From positions 10,255,677 to 10,319,676 of the forward strand of contig CM119266.1 of the NCBI GenBank assembly GCA_051294375.1: a stretch of DNA of 64,000 nucleotides. Direction: 5' to 3'. This DNA comes from Paraspadella gotoi (lineage: Eukaryota; Animalia; Chaetognatha). A program made the translations under genes and the position numbers. Under the pieces are notes generated by a model. That model worked only from the letters and a program-made list of their open reading frames with translations, searched no databases and was not told the DNA's origin. Shown here piece by piece: positions 1 to 31,590 of this stretch (position 1 is its first letter; each line of letters opens with the position of its first letter).

Positions 1-429
1 GCAGAATTTTGGTCAACTGCGCAGTAATATTTGGTAACATTACAAGAATGTTGCGTTTCAACTGGCAGTATTTTTGTCATTGGCATAATTGGGTCAATTA
101 ATCCTAATCAATGCAATCAATCAATTCAATCAAGTCACACTCAATCAATCAATTAATCATGATACGAAAGGGAGAGATGAGAGGAGAACTTTAAAAATAA
201 TTCAAATAAATGTGTGCTTTTGCGTTTTTCTAAATTTGACTCTTTTCCCACGTCCTACGATATTCCATTCAGAAGAAAAAATTCCTATATCCAGCTTTAT
301 CACTATACTTTCCTACCCACACACAAATCGAATTCCATTTGATTTGATCTTATCCAATTGATTTAATAAACAATAATTAATATATGAGGTAATTTAAGTA
401 GAAAGAATCTTTAAGTAAAATATGACTTT

Positions 430-995
430 TGTTTTTTCCATTGTTTAACTTCATTGTTCCACTCGCCACGATTCCATCCGAAACTTTATTATCCAGCTCA
501 ATCTCACACTTCCCTAACCATCATACAAAATTGCAATACAATTGCCCTATCCACTCATGCAGCAATTGGTCCGTTAAAGTACGTGAATATATTTTTTTTG
601 TTTTTCCATTTAAGACCCGCAATTTCCACTCGCACGATTCTCTTCAAAAGAACTTCATATCGCATCTCAGATCACACTGTTTCCTACCCACCACCCCAAG
701 ATTTCATTACCATCCATCCATCCAATCCACGAGTAAAATGGAGTTTTTATTGTCTAAAGGGTGGACGGACGGACGGACGGGACGGACGGACCGGACGGAC
801 GGCACCGACACGACAGACGGACGGGGTCTACGGACATCGTTTGTTTTTGGCTATAAGTTATTTCATGAATTCCTAGTTGTTCTGAATGACTATAAGTGTG
901 TTGCCCACAATATTGAGGGCGGACGCGCCGACGGACCGAAATGAAAGTGAGTTATAGAGTCGCCGGATCTGCTGATTAAGCAGATCCGACTACAA
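430..995 (+). mobile_element. Non-autonomous DINE-1/Helentron-like interspersed repeat with GGAC microsatellite and 3' hairpin
   Basis: Internal ~150-bp tandem unit (about 430-700), (GGAC)n tract at about 763-825, perfect 10-bp hairpin CGGATCTGCT-gatta-AGCAGATCCG at 964-988. A diverged reverse-complement copy lies at about 38188-38655. Family assignment is inferred from architecture only. Confidence 0.5.
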
Positions 996-3504
996 ATAAA
1001 CCTCATTTAAAATGGATCGCGAAGTGGGGCGGTAACTAAGGCTTACCAATCGGCCTATCCTCACGCCGTATTGTTCTTCTCAAATAATTTTTTTTTACAT
1101 TTAATATAGTTTTGAAAAGGAAAGAAAAATGAAAATTCAGAATTCAGCGTTGTATAAAGGTAAGATAATCTGGACTTTACTGACGATATGAAAACCATGA
1201 CCTTTTTAATTATCTTGGAAAATCGCGGGCGGCTAGTAAAGATTATCTAACAAAGAATTTGATTCATTTTCGAGTAGTCAGTTCAATGAACCCTGTTTCT
1301 ATATGGGCTATTACGACTGAAATATTTTTTCTTTAATTAAAATGGGCATTGATAGAATAATTAAGAATTAAATTCCTTTGCTATATTTTAAAGAAAAGTT
1401 GAAATCAATCACCAATTTAACACATATGATGTCTTGGCTTCTGTCATAATATGATCTTGCCAGCGTTATATATTTTTTAAGGGAACCTTTTAGGTTATGC
1501 AGTTAAACAGAGGCAGAGTGTGTGCTCCAAGCGTTTTAGTTTGCAGGGTTCAAAGTAGTAATTAAAAAATGACGATTTTTTTTTTCACCAGACTAAGACA
1601 GGTTGTATGTCCAGACTGTTTTATATCCAAGCTGAATAACACTTTTGTTGCTTGAATTTATCATATTCTGTGAATATTCTAAAAAAACTATTTTTAGTCA
1701 CAGCTACGAACATAATGTTTTGGCTTGTTTTGGTTAGCTATTAACTTAAGAAAGTTATAGAGCAGTTTATGGCAATAAAGAAAAATTTATATAATCAATC
1801 AATAATGTTAATTCAGTCTTTCCTTTTTCAAATTACAAAAGGGAAAAATAAAAAAATTTCATTTACCCTTCATTAAGAATTTTAAAGCAGAAAAGAACTG
1901 TTTCTACTTTTAACTCTGGATTTTAGAACACAAACGCTGTTGTAAGACAGATTTATGGATTTAATTTAATAAAACGTTGTTTAGAAAGGGTGTCCCACAT
2001 GATTTAGGCGTTGTTAATTTGATACCACGACCCAATCTTGCTAAGCTCTTTTCTTGTCAAAAGTTATTTTAAAAAATTATTTTTTTTTTTCAAACTTACG
2101 CAGTCTCTACAAACTGCTTTTGTTAAATCTAAAAATTTCGCACAAAAGCGGGGGTGGTATCTCACTTATTTCTAATTGATACGAATACGTATAATTTTAA
2201 AATAGGAAACTTTGAAGGAAATATTGTTTGTCATTTTGAGGAGCATATCAACTTTCAGATGTACCGATGTCGTATAAGTAATTTTATTTATTATTTCCCC
2301 CGAATAAACCAAGCCTAATTAAAAAGTTGAAAATTTTTTTTAAAACTTGTGAAAACAAAATTTCCCTGCCGACCTGCGATGCTCATTGAGAATAATGCGT
2401 TTTGCATAGGAAAATCAAGAATTATCAAAAAATAAAAAATCAGCCTCTAGTATAATGTCGGAAGGCTAGAGGGCTGATTTTTTTAGAATTGCAATTAAGT
2501 TTTTTCCTAAACTCGAAATCCCAGTTATTTCTCATAAGGTTTCAAATATATTTTTTTCCAAGAATCATTCGACATCAATTTTTTTTTTATTAATTTTAAA
2601 GAGATGTTTCATGACTGTTGTTGTTTTGTGTTGAAAGAATTGAAAAAAAAGTGAAAAATATTATGTTAATTATATAAAGGTTTTTTGGAGTAATTACTCT
2701 AAAATATTAGATATAGTAGATACAAGGGTGAGTAAGCAGAGAAAATTCCCATTCTTAAAAAAAATTTAAAAATGAATTGTCCATATTGTTATTAAGACTT
2801 AATTGATGCTAATACAAACATATGATTTCATATAATTGAGGGAAATGCACATGGGGTAACAAAATATTCATCTTGGTCTCGGTTAACTATTATAGGTTAT
2901 CGTTAAAGTTTTGTTTTTTAATAATATTAATATTTTTTTTGCATTTATAAAAGCAATTGTCTAAACAGTATTTTTGTAAGCGGTTTCAGAGCTAGTATTT
3001 GCTTCATCTTTGTTTTACTATTTTGATTTGCTTAGCTAGCTTTCTTTTTCGTCTTGATGGTCAAGGGTATGGTTCAGAAGAAACGAGTAATGATCAGGGT
3101 AGTGTATATCGCACTATATTACGCAAAGTAATAATCAATTTTCAATAATCTATTTCAAGATATTTTCTGTTTAATAAACTCGCAAGTCATCTCGCTTCTC
3201 GGTTATTTCGCGGTTATTTCGCGGTTATGCCCTTATTTGTCTGCCTCATAAAATTTGAAAGGAACCTAATATTGCTTGTCAAATTGAGCAAATCTCTCTT
3301 AAAAAAAAACTAATGTTCCCCTTGACAAGTTTGAATTTTTTTAAAAGATACTAACGTTCTTCTTGATTATCGATTTTTATTTTTAAAAAACTTATGTTCC
3401 GATTTTCTTCGCGGATCGAGTTTCGACTTTGACTCAACGTCACAAATGATTCGGATTCATGATGGATTTTTCTTTTCTTATTTGACCTCGAATTCTTTTT
3501 TTTT

Positions 3505-4337
3505 NNNNNNNNNNNNNNNNNNNNNNNNNNNNNNNNNNNNNNNNNNNNNNNNNNNNNNNNNNNNNNNNNNNNNNNNNNNNNNNNNNNNNNNNNNNNNNNN
3601 NNNNNNNNNNNNNNNNNNNNNNNNNNNNNNNNNNNNNNNNNNNNNNNNNNNNNNNNNNNNNNNNNNNNNNNNNNNNNNNNNNNNNNNNNNNNNNNNNNNN
3701 NNNNNNNNNNNNNNNNNNNNNNNNNNNNNNNNNNNNNNNNNNNNNNNNNNNNNNNNNNNNNNNNNNNNNNNNNNNNNNNNNNNNNNNNNNNNNNNNNNNN
3801 NNNNNNNNNNNNNNNNNNNNNNNNNNNNNNNNNNNNNNNNNNNNNNNNNNNNNNNNNNNNNNNNNNNNNNNNNNNNNNNNNNNNNNNNNNNNNNNNNNNN
3901 NNNNNNNNNNNNNNNNNNNNNNNNNNNNNNNNNNNNNNNNNNNNNNNNNNNNNNNNNNNNNNNNNNNNNNNNNNNNNNNNNNNNNNNNNNNNNNNNNNNN
4001 NNNNNNNNNNNNNNNNNNNNNNNNNNNNNNNNNNNNNNNNNNNNNNNNNNNNNNNNNNNNNNNNNNNNNNNNNNNNNNNNNNNNNNNNNNNNNNNNNNNN
4101 NNNNNNNNNNNNNNNNNNNNNNNNNNNNNNNNNNNNNNNNNNNNNNNNNNNNNNNNNNNNNNNNNNNNNNNNNNNNNNNNNNNNNNNNNNNNNNNNNNNN
4201 NNNNNNNNNNNNNNNNNNNNNNNNNNNNNNNNNNNNNNNNNNNNNNNNNNNNNNNNNNNNNNNNNNNNNNNNNNNNNNNNNNNNNNNNNNNNNNNNNNNN
4301 NNNNNNNNNNNNNNNNNNNNNNNNNNNNNNNNNNNNA
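3505..4337. other. Assembly gap (833 N)
   Basis: Run of N. The long X-containing ORFs across it are artefacts. Confidence 1.
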
Positions 4338-4842
4338 TGTCGTTTCCTTTTTCATTTTTAATTAGATCTTTTTTTAATTTGAAGTCTCTCCCTTTGAATT
4401 TTCTCGCGTCCCACAAGTAATGAGAGTTCAAAGATTTTAAAATTCGCTTTCTTCTCCATAGACGTTAATTTAGAGAAAACGGATCTTCATGAAGAAAAAT
4501 GAAAGTAGAAAAGAGAGGATGAATTAGAAAAGGAGGAAAGGAAAGGAGTCACCGATTGGTTTTTTTACCTTTCGTATTTTTACTTTTCACTATTTTTTTT
4601 AGTTTGAGGTTTGAGACAAAGAAGGCTATTTCATACGGATCTTTCAACACCACTTATAAATTAGCCTTTTTATTTTTCAGTTCTCAGTCATTTTTTATAA
4701 AATATTGTTGATTTTTTTCAGCTCTTCTCATGAATGACATAACAAAACGTTAAAAACGACTTTGTCATTGTCGAAATCGTTTCACCGCAGTTTGAGATAT
4801 ATCGTTTTTAAAATTTGGCAGACTTTGCAAAAAAAAACCCAC

Positions 4843-22165
<17,323 letters not shown>

Positions 22166-23356
22166 CGCCTCCGCTGGGCGAGGGGGGGGGATGGGGTGTG
22201 GGCGAGGGGTGGGGGAATAGGGGGGTGATTAGAGGGGGGAGGTGGTGAGGATCGGGGAGGGAAAAGAATTTCCCGATCGGCTTTCGAGCGAGTGAGAATT
22301 TATTGTTCGCGAATCTGCAAATTAAAAGGGGAAAATTATTTTCAATGAAGCGGTTGTTCCAAAATAATGAATATTAATTAATATTCGTTCGTCTTTAAAT
22401 TTTAAAAAAATAAATGTTTTTTTTTTTTATAGACAGTGTCGGTTTTCAGTTTTCAGGTTTGTTTAAAGTTGTTCTCGTTTTAAAAATACATTGGGTAATG
22501 ATTAGAATTTAAAGATTGGCGTATCATATTAAATTAAACCAAGCTAAATTATTTCGGTAATTTATTTAGTAGTAGTGTAGCGAAAAAGTTATATTAAATT
22601 TCGTTTCGAACTATATACATATTTAACTCGCGATTGTTTGCCAAGAGACAAAAGGCGGTGATGAATGGGAGTCAATCTGCGAAAACTCGAAACTTCGAGA
22701 GTCGACTTAATCTCGAGAGAAAAAAAATATTCTCGATGGAAAAATTATTCTTCTTTCCTCCTCATGGAAATCATGAGGCGGATCCAACTTCCTCCTTTCT
22801 CTCCTTAGTTCTTTTCTTTTTCTTTTTTAGGGAGCAAAACAAACACGGAGAAGGCAATACACAATAAACAATAAACGCGAGAAGACGTCAACCACCTTGG
22901 CGGAAGACCAAACAACGACGATGGAGACGATGACGACGACGACGACGACTAAAACGACCTTAGAGATAAAAATTAAACGACGCCCAAACGAAATATTGCG
23001 ACGACGCCAACGCCGCCTACGCCACGCTCGCCCACTGATGTCAAATGAAGAAGATATTAACGAACTTGCGACGCCTACGAACCGCGCGCGAGAGAGAGAT
23101 TCATTCTACGTCAACATTGCAGCGACATCTGCGCCACAAAGGACGCATTTTTTTTTTTTTTTTGTTTTTTTTTCGTTTTTCGTTCTTCTCTCGTAGGAAA
23201 GTTCAATTTCTTCGATTCTGACATTTACCGCGCGCCAACCGACCATAAAACGCGCGCGCGAGCTTGATAGAGTTTTTCGTGCTTGGGGGGGATGAAGAGG
23301 GGGGAGAGAGAGAGAGAGATAGAGAGAGGGAGAGAGAGAGAGAGAGATAGAGAGAG

Positions 23357-23408
<52 letters not shown>

Positions 23409-23416
23409 AGAGAGAT

Positions 23417-23469
<53 letters not shown>

Positions 23470-23590
23470 TAGAGTGAGAGATCCCCCTTTTCCTTCTCGT
23501 TCGACTTTTGAAGAGTCTTTCCCTCGACGCCGATTCCGGCGCCCTCTGCCGTCGGCGTCGCCAGTCGTTTAAACGCGCGAGAGAGGATTA

Positions 23591-23624
<34 letters not shown>

Positions 23625-23730
23625 GATATGACCGAGAGCGAGAGAAGGCGAGATTTAAAGCGAGAAAGAGAGAGTGAAATGAAGAAAAATAGAGAGAATA
23701 ATGACGAGATATTTGACTAAGAGATAGATA

Positions 23731-23841
<111 letters not shown>

Positions 23842-26800
23842 ATCGAGGAGAGAAATAGGACAAGTGTGAATAGGGAGTCCGGCGAAATTACCACGGCGTG
23901 CGCCATGAATTAAGATAGTGAAAAGCTCACTCAGAAAGAGTAGGAATCGGGAAACGGTCGAAATGTGAAATGTATTCACCCCATAGGTCGTCCGAAACTC
24001 ATCAGCGAATTCCTTTGGCGCCGGAAGAAACGTGAGCTTCTTTCAGCGATAACGTTTTAGGTTCGTGCCTCGCTTGGTTATTGAAGAAGACGGACAGACT
24101 AAAAATGTATTTAATTATGCATACTGTGCAATATGATTTTCTGCAGTGTGCAGTGTCCACAGACATGCAGAAACTTTAAGACAGACCCAAGCTATGTTAT
24201 TTTCTTGCTTTAGGAAAAAAGAATGAGAGAATGAATGTGCACAATAAATTACATAGAAGACGAAATTAAGATAAATGAAGGTAAGAAATTCTGAATATGT
24301 AGATTGGCCGAGAGAGAAGGAAGCGCGAGTACTAGCGAAAGACTTAATTTAATCAACATCCGTTGAACCTGAGAGAAACGGAAGACCGAAGCGTTTTAGT
24401 TTAAACCGTTTTAAAGGAGACATGGCGCAAGCGCAGAAGATGGAAACTGGCGCGAATATTCGAATGTTAGCCAAAAAAAAAAATTGAGCATCTAGCGTTT
24501 GTCAGAAAATTTCGGGGTTTGGACGAATCGACGAGGGAGAGAGAGATAATCTAACATCGGGAAGATTCCCGTGCGTGCCAAAAAAGGAAAAAAAATGGGG
24601 GAAGGGTATCCTTGTTTAAAAAATAAAAAGAGCGTCTCGAACCCGCGGGGGGGAAGAGGGAAAAACCGCGACATGCGACGCGCGCGCGATCTTTCGTCGC
24701 ACGCAAATGACTTGGCCGGTTTTTTTTTTTTAGAAGGCGAACGCGTTGGCCAATGTCCATCTCCTTCTGCCCTTTATCGCTTCCAACCAGTTTTCCTCGT
24801 CATCATTCAAACTCCGCCTCGTCTACCCGACTAACGACCATCCCACCGAACGAGAAAGAGAGATGTTTCCTCTCTTTCTCTCTCTCTCTCTCTCACTTTC
24901 TTATTCTTCGTCCGAGATCCAAAAATCCTCCGGCCAACTGACTTTCCCGCCACCACCAGCCAACCAGCCACGCCCACCATCGCCACGCCGCCACCGTCGC
25001 GGCGTCGAGACGTCATCAATCTGGTCCATTGAACTCGACTTGGCCTAAAAGATCGAAATCGTGACGAATCTGCCGACGGAAGGAATCCGAAACGAGCCAC
25101 GCCCATTTCGGAGCGCGACGCCGGAACTCGGCAGCGGGACGGCGTCCCGTCGAGCGACGTCGAAAATCAAGGCGGCGCGCGAGGCGTCGGCCGCGTCGGG
25201 CGCGTTCGTGCGTGGCGCCGCGTGGCATCGCTCGCGTGTATTTTATTTGTTTATTCGCGCGACCAAAAACTCTGCCGAGGAAAATATAAATATGGCGGCG
25301 GGAATTCGCGTCGTCGTTCCGGGAGGGAAATATAATACTTAGTAGGAGTAACTGGGAAACTAGGCACTCGATTTTGGCCGAGAGAGGCTTTTGGAACTCG
25401 TTTTAACGACCTCTTTCTCTCTTTTAACGACCCCTCGACTTCGCTTCTCGTTTTTACCGAACGTTTATCGTCGCGAACTGAAAAACCTGAGGAACGACGT
25501 CAACTTGGTTGGAGTTCCGAGAGTTGAGCGCGAGTTGAGAACGAGATGAGCATAAGTTGAGCTCTAGTTGAGAATATAAATCGAGTTGAGATTAGGATAA
25601 GCTAAAGTTAAGGTCGTGCTTGAGGCCGTGATGATCCAAAGTTTAAATAAAGCTAAACTTATATTCCGAGCAATTTGAGATCGAGTTGCGATCGATATAA
25701 ACAACAGTTGAGAAGGAAACGATCATGCTGAGAGCAACGTCGAGGACTATTGCAGCTTTTAATACATTCTCCGCGTCGTCCTACTTCCATCGATATCTGC
25801 ATCGAACGCTCGCGCGGCGCTAGTCATTTGTTTGAAAGATAAACATCGACTATTAGCCTGAATTCAGCTCGGCGCGTTGTGGCCGCGGAGACCGGAATCA
25901 CTGAGAAAACTGGGAGAGAGAGAAAGAGAGAGAAAACACAAAAGATAAATGGTAATCGATTAAACCGACAAACTGGGGAGAAACCGGCTTTTTGCGCCAA
26001 AGCTTTCGTCAGAGGAAAAAAAGCTCTTTAGGCTTATTTTTTCCCTTTTAAGCTCTTTTTCTTTGAAACCAAATTTTTTATTGTTTGTTGAAGAGAAAAC
26101 GGAAGGGATTTGGTGGTTGGCCAAATATGCTGCAGTTTTTTTAAAAGCTAAGTCGTATTTAAATTTTAAATTCCGTTTTTGAATTGTTGCCCTAAATATG
26201 TTTTTATATATTAAATATTCTAAGGATATTTGTATTATTGATTACGTAATAATTATTTCTTTTACGGATGAATAAACCACCCTTTTTGCCCACGATCCAT
26301 TGTGTAATTAACTCGCTAAGAGTGACACTTGATTAAAGCATTTTTTTTTAATCGCATCTGAGCTTTAGCCACAGGTAATCTCAAATCAGTAATCAACCGC
26401 AAACGTGCATCGCTTCTACGTCGTAATTAAAACCCGGCAATCGTATCAAATTAATTACTCGGATTAAATCTATCAATATATAAACAAGTGACACCGAAGG
26501 AAGAATGCTGCCACTAGCGCTGGCGCTGCCGCCACCGCCGCAGCCGCCGCCAACGTCGCCGCCGCCAACGTCGCCGCCGCCTCCTACTCTATCGCCAAGG
26601 CGTTCTTGGAATTTCCTTGCGCGAGGAAGAGCCAAATGATTAATAAAACATTGATGTGAATCGCTGGGAATCAAGGAAAGTGATAACTCGATTGTGACTA
26701 GGAGAGAACGAATTGATAAATAGAAATATAAGTAGAAACAGATAAATATAAACAGATAAGTGGATATATTAGTTGATAGATAAGTAGAATCCCACCCTCC

Positions 26801-27747
26801 GAAAATTTAGGAGAAAGGTTTTGCGAAAAATGGTGAAAAACATTCAAGATAGAAAACGATCTTCAATAATAACGAGATGATACCTCCTACTGATAAAATT
26901 GATTGATCTCAGTGCTTGCCAAGATTTTGACGGGTTTTTTTCTTTGGCTCTGAGAGTTATTTCTTGTACTATCACAATATTGAGAGAAACATGTCATCGA
27001 TGACAATGACATTAGTATAAGGAAAAGGATAATAAAGGGATAAGAGTAAACGTCAAAACCAATGTACAATAAAATCATTACATTTTTCATGTAATTAACT
27101 CAAAAAACGAAAAATAGAATGAAATAAGATGCGTCATTGGAGAAATAATTCTTGTTTCAAATTTGTTGTATTTGTATTTGTATTTGTAGTTGTATTTGTT
27201 GTATTTTAGTAAATAATCATCAAACTATGTTTTTATATTTTTAGGATGATGAATTTTTAACAACAACAACAACAAAAATAGAAGAAAAAAAAACCAAGAT
27301 GGCGAAACGGATTCGTCCCCGAGAACAAATTCGGCGTTGACGAATGATGTTTTCGCGCGAGACGGAGACAGAGACAGAGAGACCGAGGGGAAGACGCGAG
27401 AGAGATGGAGAGAGAGACGTTTTGAGACGGAGTCGCGTTACGGCGAAGGGATGGGGGGAGACATTCGATATCGAAAGATTGACGGCGGAGAAAAAAAAAC
27501 GAGGGAATCAGCTGGAAAGACAAAGACGTCCTTTTCTTTTCTTTTTCTTTTCAGATTTTTTCCCGAGTTGTTCTTTTTTTTTTAAATCTCATTCTAAAGT
27601 GGATTTGGCGGAGATGAAAAAAAATTCCATCCCGGACGGAGAAAGGAAAGAAGAGACGATGGAAAAAAAAAGGAGAAGAACACGAACGGTTAATCGCGTT
27701 TCGTTGGAAACGAAGATAAAGAGGAGAGAGGAGAGAGAGAGAGAGGC

Positions 27748-27834
<87 letters not shown>

Positions 27835-27840
27835 CAGAGA

Positions 27841-27898
<58 letters not shown>

Positions 27899-28058
27899 CA
27901 ACAACCTGTTAGCACGAAATCCGGTGTGCGAGCCGCGAGCGACGAGCAGGGTACGCGAGAGACGGAGATGGGAACGACGACGACGACGACGACGACAACG
28001 TCAATGACGTCCACAGATGAGGGCCAATAGGACGGAGTTGCCCATCTCTCTCTCTCTC

Positions 28059-28126
<68 letters not shown>

Positions 28127-30047
28127 CACTCTCTCTTTCTCTCGGTGCCTGCCATCGTTGGCGCCAGCCGCCTTGGCATCCTTTCATTGGTAAAAGTCAT
28201 TGGGAAAGATGCGGCCTTAAAAAATCGTGGCTGACTTCGCACAAAACCTTCGGGATTTGAAACAGAGAGGGAAAAACAGAAAAGAAGACACAGAGAGAGG
28301 GGGAGAGAGTGAGAAATAATATCCAATAGTTGTAGGAACTTTTTTACGCTATAATTAGTATAACGCTAGCATAACTTTAAACTCTAAACTTTGATCATCA
28401 TCATAATCATCATTCTCACCATCATCGTGATCATCATCACCAATCACTATGCTCGTTTCGAGGCGTCGAACGTGTGAAAACTTTCCATTACGTCAATTCC
28501 CGATTCTGACGAACAGAATGAGACGAAAAATCGATATTCTTTTCGAGAGATTTCTTTCTTTTCTCGCCTTTTTTTCTCCCTCTCTCTCTCTCTCTCTCAT
28601 CCTCTCTCTCTCTCTCCCTCTCTCTCATTCCCTCTCTCTCTTTCTATTCCTTTCCCTTTTTTCGCGTTACCGACGTTCGCGTTGCAGCGTTGCCAGGCAG
28701 CGGATTGCGCTGCTCCGATCCGCACGTCCGCAGCTTCTGCCGCGTGACTGAGCTGCAGAAAAATTCGCTGCATGAACTAAAAAAAAAAAAAAACCCTGCA
28801 ACACGACTTTCGGACTTTATAAAGAGGAGGAGGAGGAGGAGAAGGAGCAGGAAAAAGAGGAGGAGGAGAAGGAGGAAAAAGAAGATGAGGAGGAAGAGGA
28901 GGAGTAGGAAGGAAAGAATTGGCGGGTGATTACGACTGAAGGAAAGAAGAAAGGAGTCAAAAGGGCGAGAAGAAAAAAAAAAGGAGAGAATTCGTGACGG
29001 TGAATGCCGTCCGTCGGCGTAAGGAGGGCGTGGCCGAGTCGTCGTGGGGCAGAATGAAAGAAATGTAGGCGGCGTTTATGAAAAAATAGGGAAAAAAAAA
29101 ACAACTTATGGGCCTTAGGACAAAAAGCCTTGAATTGACGGTCAGCTGGGCTTCCGGCAGAAAACGCCATCTGTTCATTGGTAGCATTATTTTTTTTCAT
29201 AAATTTTAACTTTGTAAATATTAGTTATTACTTATTAGTAATAACTTTCTCTCTCTTTCAAATTTCGTTCCGCTCGTTCAGTCGTGCGTTCGTTCGCTCG
29301 TTTCTTGGTTCTGAAATGAGCCGGTTATTGGAAAATTCCGTCGGTGTTCTTAACCCAATTATTGCTGGGGAGGGGAACTGAAAAAAAATAACTAGCTCGG
29401 TTTTTTTTTTAGCCTTTTTCGGAATAAATTGTTAGGGAAAAAAGTGTTGCAATTAAATTTTAAAATAACTCCAATTGACCGCCTATATATTTTTTTCTTG
29501 TTAGTTTTTTGTTTGTTATTAGTATATTTTTCCTTTCTTTTTCGTCGGTTTAGAATTTGAAATAAGAAAAGTCTTCTTTGTTTTCCCAACGAAATTTTGT
29601 TTGTTATTTAAGGTTAAGCACTCTTTCGCAAGAAAGGCGAACGCACGAAACGGCATCGAAACCCTTCTATCTCTTTTAAATATCCCCGTTAAAATCCCTT
29701 ATTTAGTGTATTTGAACTAGTTTTGACGGGAATAAATGTTAGCCATATTCGCTCTCTACTTTGCGACTTCGTTATTCTCGGCAACATTGATTAAACATTC
29801 TGGCGATTTAGAGATTTCAGAAATATCGAGAATCTAAGTCGCTTAGCTAATCCCAACAAAATTGGTAATTCTCACAATGTTACAATTATAGGAAACGTTA
29901 AGAAATCACTGTTCCGCCTATACTTTTTTTTTCAGTTGGTTTGTTATTGACTATTCTTGCTATTTTTCGGAAATAGCTATTTCTCGCGACTTCGCTTTAA
30001 CCGCCTACATCGAATTTCCCGGAGAATTTACTATTTCCGATTGAATC

Positions 30048-30366
30048 ATGAGGCGCTTCCTTAGCCGTATGCTTCGGAAGCGCATGATGATTTCCGAGAC
30101 GGGAAACGCTTCCTTCTTTATCCAGTTTACCTGTTGCGTCCTTATCATCATCCACGCGAGCAGGTCCATAGTGCCTTATTCAGTGATGTCTAAAATTTTA
30201 TTCATTTTATATTCGTATTTATGTTTTATATTTTTACTTTAATTTGCGCCGCGAGTACTCTTATTCTTATTCAAATTGGCCTTATCTAAAATCTGTCCTC
30301 ACCACTGATCACTGTCCTTTCTCAATTCATTGTTGGAAACTCTAACCTTTCTCTTCTTCTTCTTCT

Positions 30367-30432
<66 letters not shown>

Positions 30433-31590
30433 AACTCAAAAATTGTATTCCAATTCACAATTGTCAAGTGCTGATGAAGGCTCGAAATTGTGAGCCGAAA
30501 CATGTCTGCTTTTTCACAAATAAAATTCGTTGTAAAAATATTCAAAAAACTTTACGAACTAATTTAAATTCATCATTTTTCGGGAATCTTTAAAAATGTT
30601 TAAAAATATTTAACAAATACGATATCTCCTCGAAAGTCGAGTCTCTTGTGCCGCAACTCTCTTTCTCCCTTCTTCCCCCCCCCCACTCTCTCTTTTTACT
30701 CTCAAGCATATTTCAAGACATCCATCGGACATTCATCAACTTTTACTACGTAGAAATAACTCTGTTGTTTTGGTTCACGGTCAAGTGTTTCCTGGGTTAC
30801 GTCGTCGACGGCCAGGAGATTCAATCCTTCGGCACCTCGCTCCGACACTACGTGTGCAAGGCTGGATTCGTGCTGAATATGATCTTCTACTTTCCTTGGT
30901 CGTCCGTCATCGGAAAGATTTTGATGAAGGTTAGCCGATCTTGTATTTATACTAAGGGCATGGTCGTGTTATGCTAAGCGGCGGCGCGGACGCAAAGTGA
31001 CGTAAGCCCTAGAATCTGGGATAAAGGACCCGGATACCGGATTGAACCCAAATTTCCATATTCGGCGGTTTATTCACACCGCCTCACATCCACCATCGTT
31101 CAGCCAATCAGCTAAGAGGGGGAATGCAACATCCCAGGCGTTAGGTTCATTCCACAGTCCTAACGACTTCTCTCTGCGTTGGCAAAGCGAGACCGTCCTA
31201 GGGTAATCGCGTCAGTGAAGCCAGTGAAGCCTCCGAAGCCAACAGTGAGATGCCCCACCCCAATGGGCATTACAGGCAACCCGGCCGTTGCCATACGTAC
31301 ATCAAATGCGAAGACAGTTTAATATCCTCGACGCTCCGTTCGTCAGTGATTGCATACACTCTTGCTCGTCTTTCCTTTCTTCCTTCTACATGACCCGTGG
31401 CGTGGTGGTCAACCGTCTGCGCGAACTCGGCGTCCTCGGGGACTTCTCCGTGCTCTCGTGGATCAAAGCCATCGCCATCATCCTCCTGATGAGTTATTGC
31501 GGCATCATGACGGAAATGTTCTCTACGCTCTTCTTTCAGACGATGTGGAAAATCGTCCAGCAATGCCCGTCTATCACTATGGAGAATAAG
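30048..31590 (+). CDS. Channel repeat I, S1-S5 exons (30048-30163, 30707-30929, 31276-31590)
   Basis: Hydrophobic helices plus CNG/KCNH-like S2-S3 motifs (KCFLGYVVDG...LRHYVCKAGFVLNMIFYFPW); phases 2,0,0. Confidence 0.75.

Noticed and set aside
3351-4431. Three >300-aa ORFs
   Set aside because: They are translations of the N gap.
24750-25342. GC/CpG-rich ORF cluster between the divergent genes
   Set aside because: No domain or consistent codon bias; more likely regulatory or 5' UTR sequence, but no specific element can be supported.
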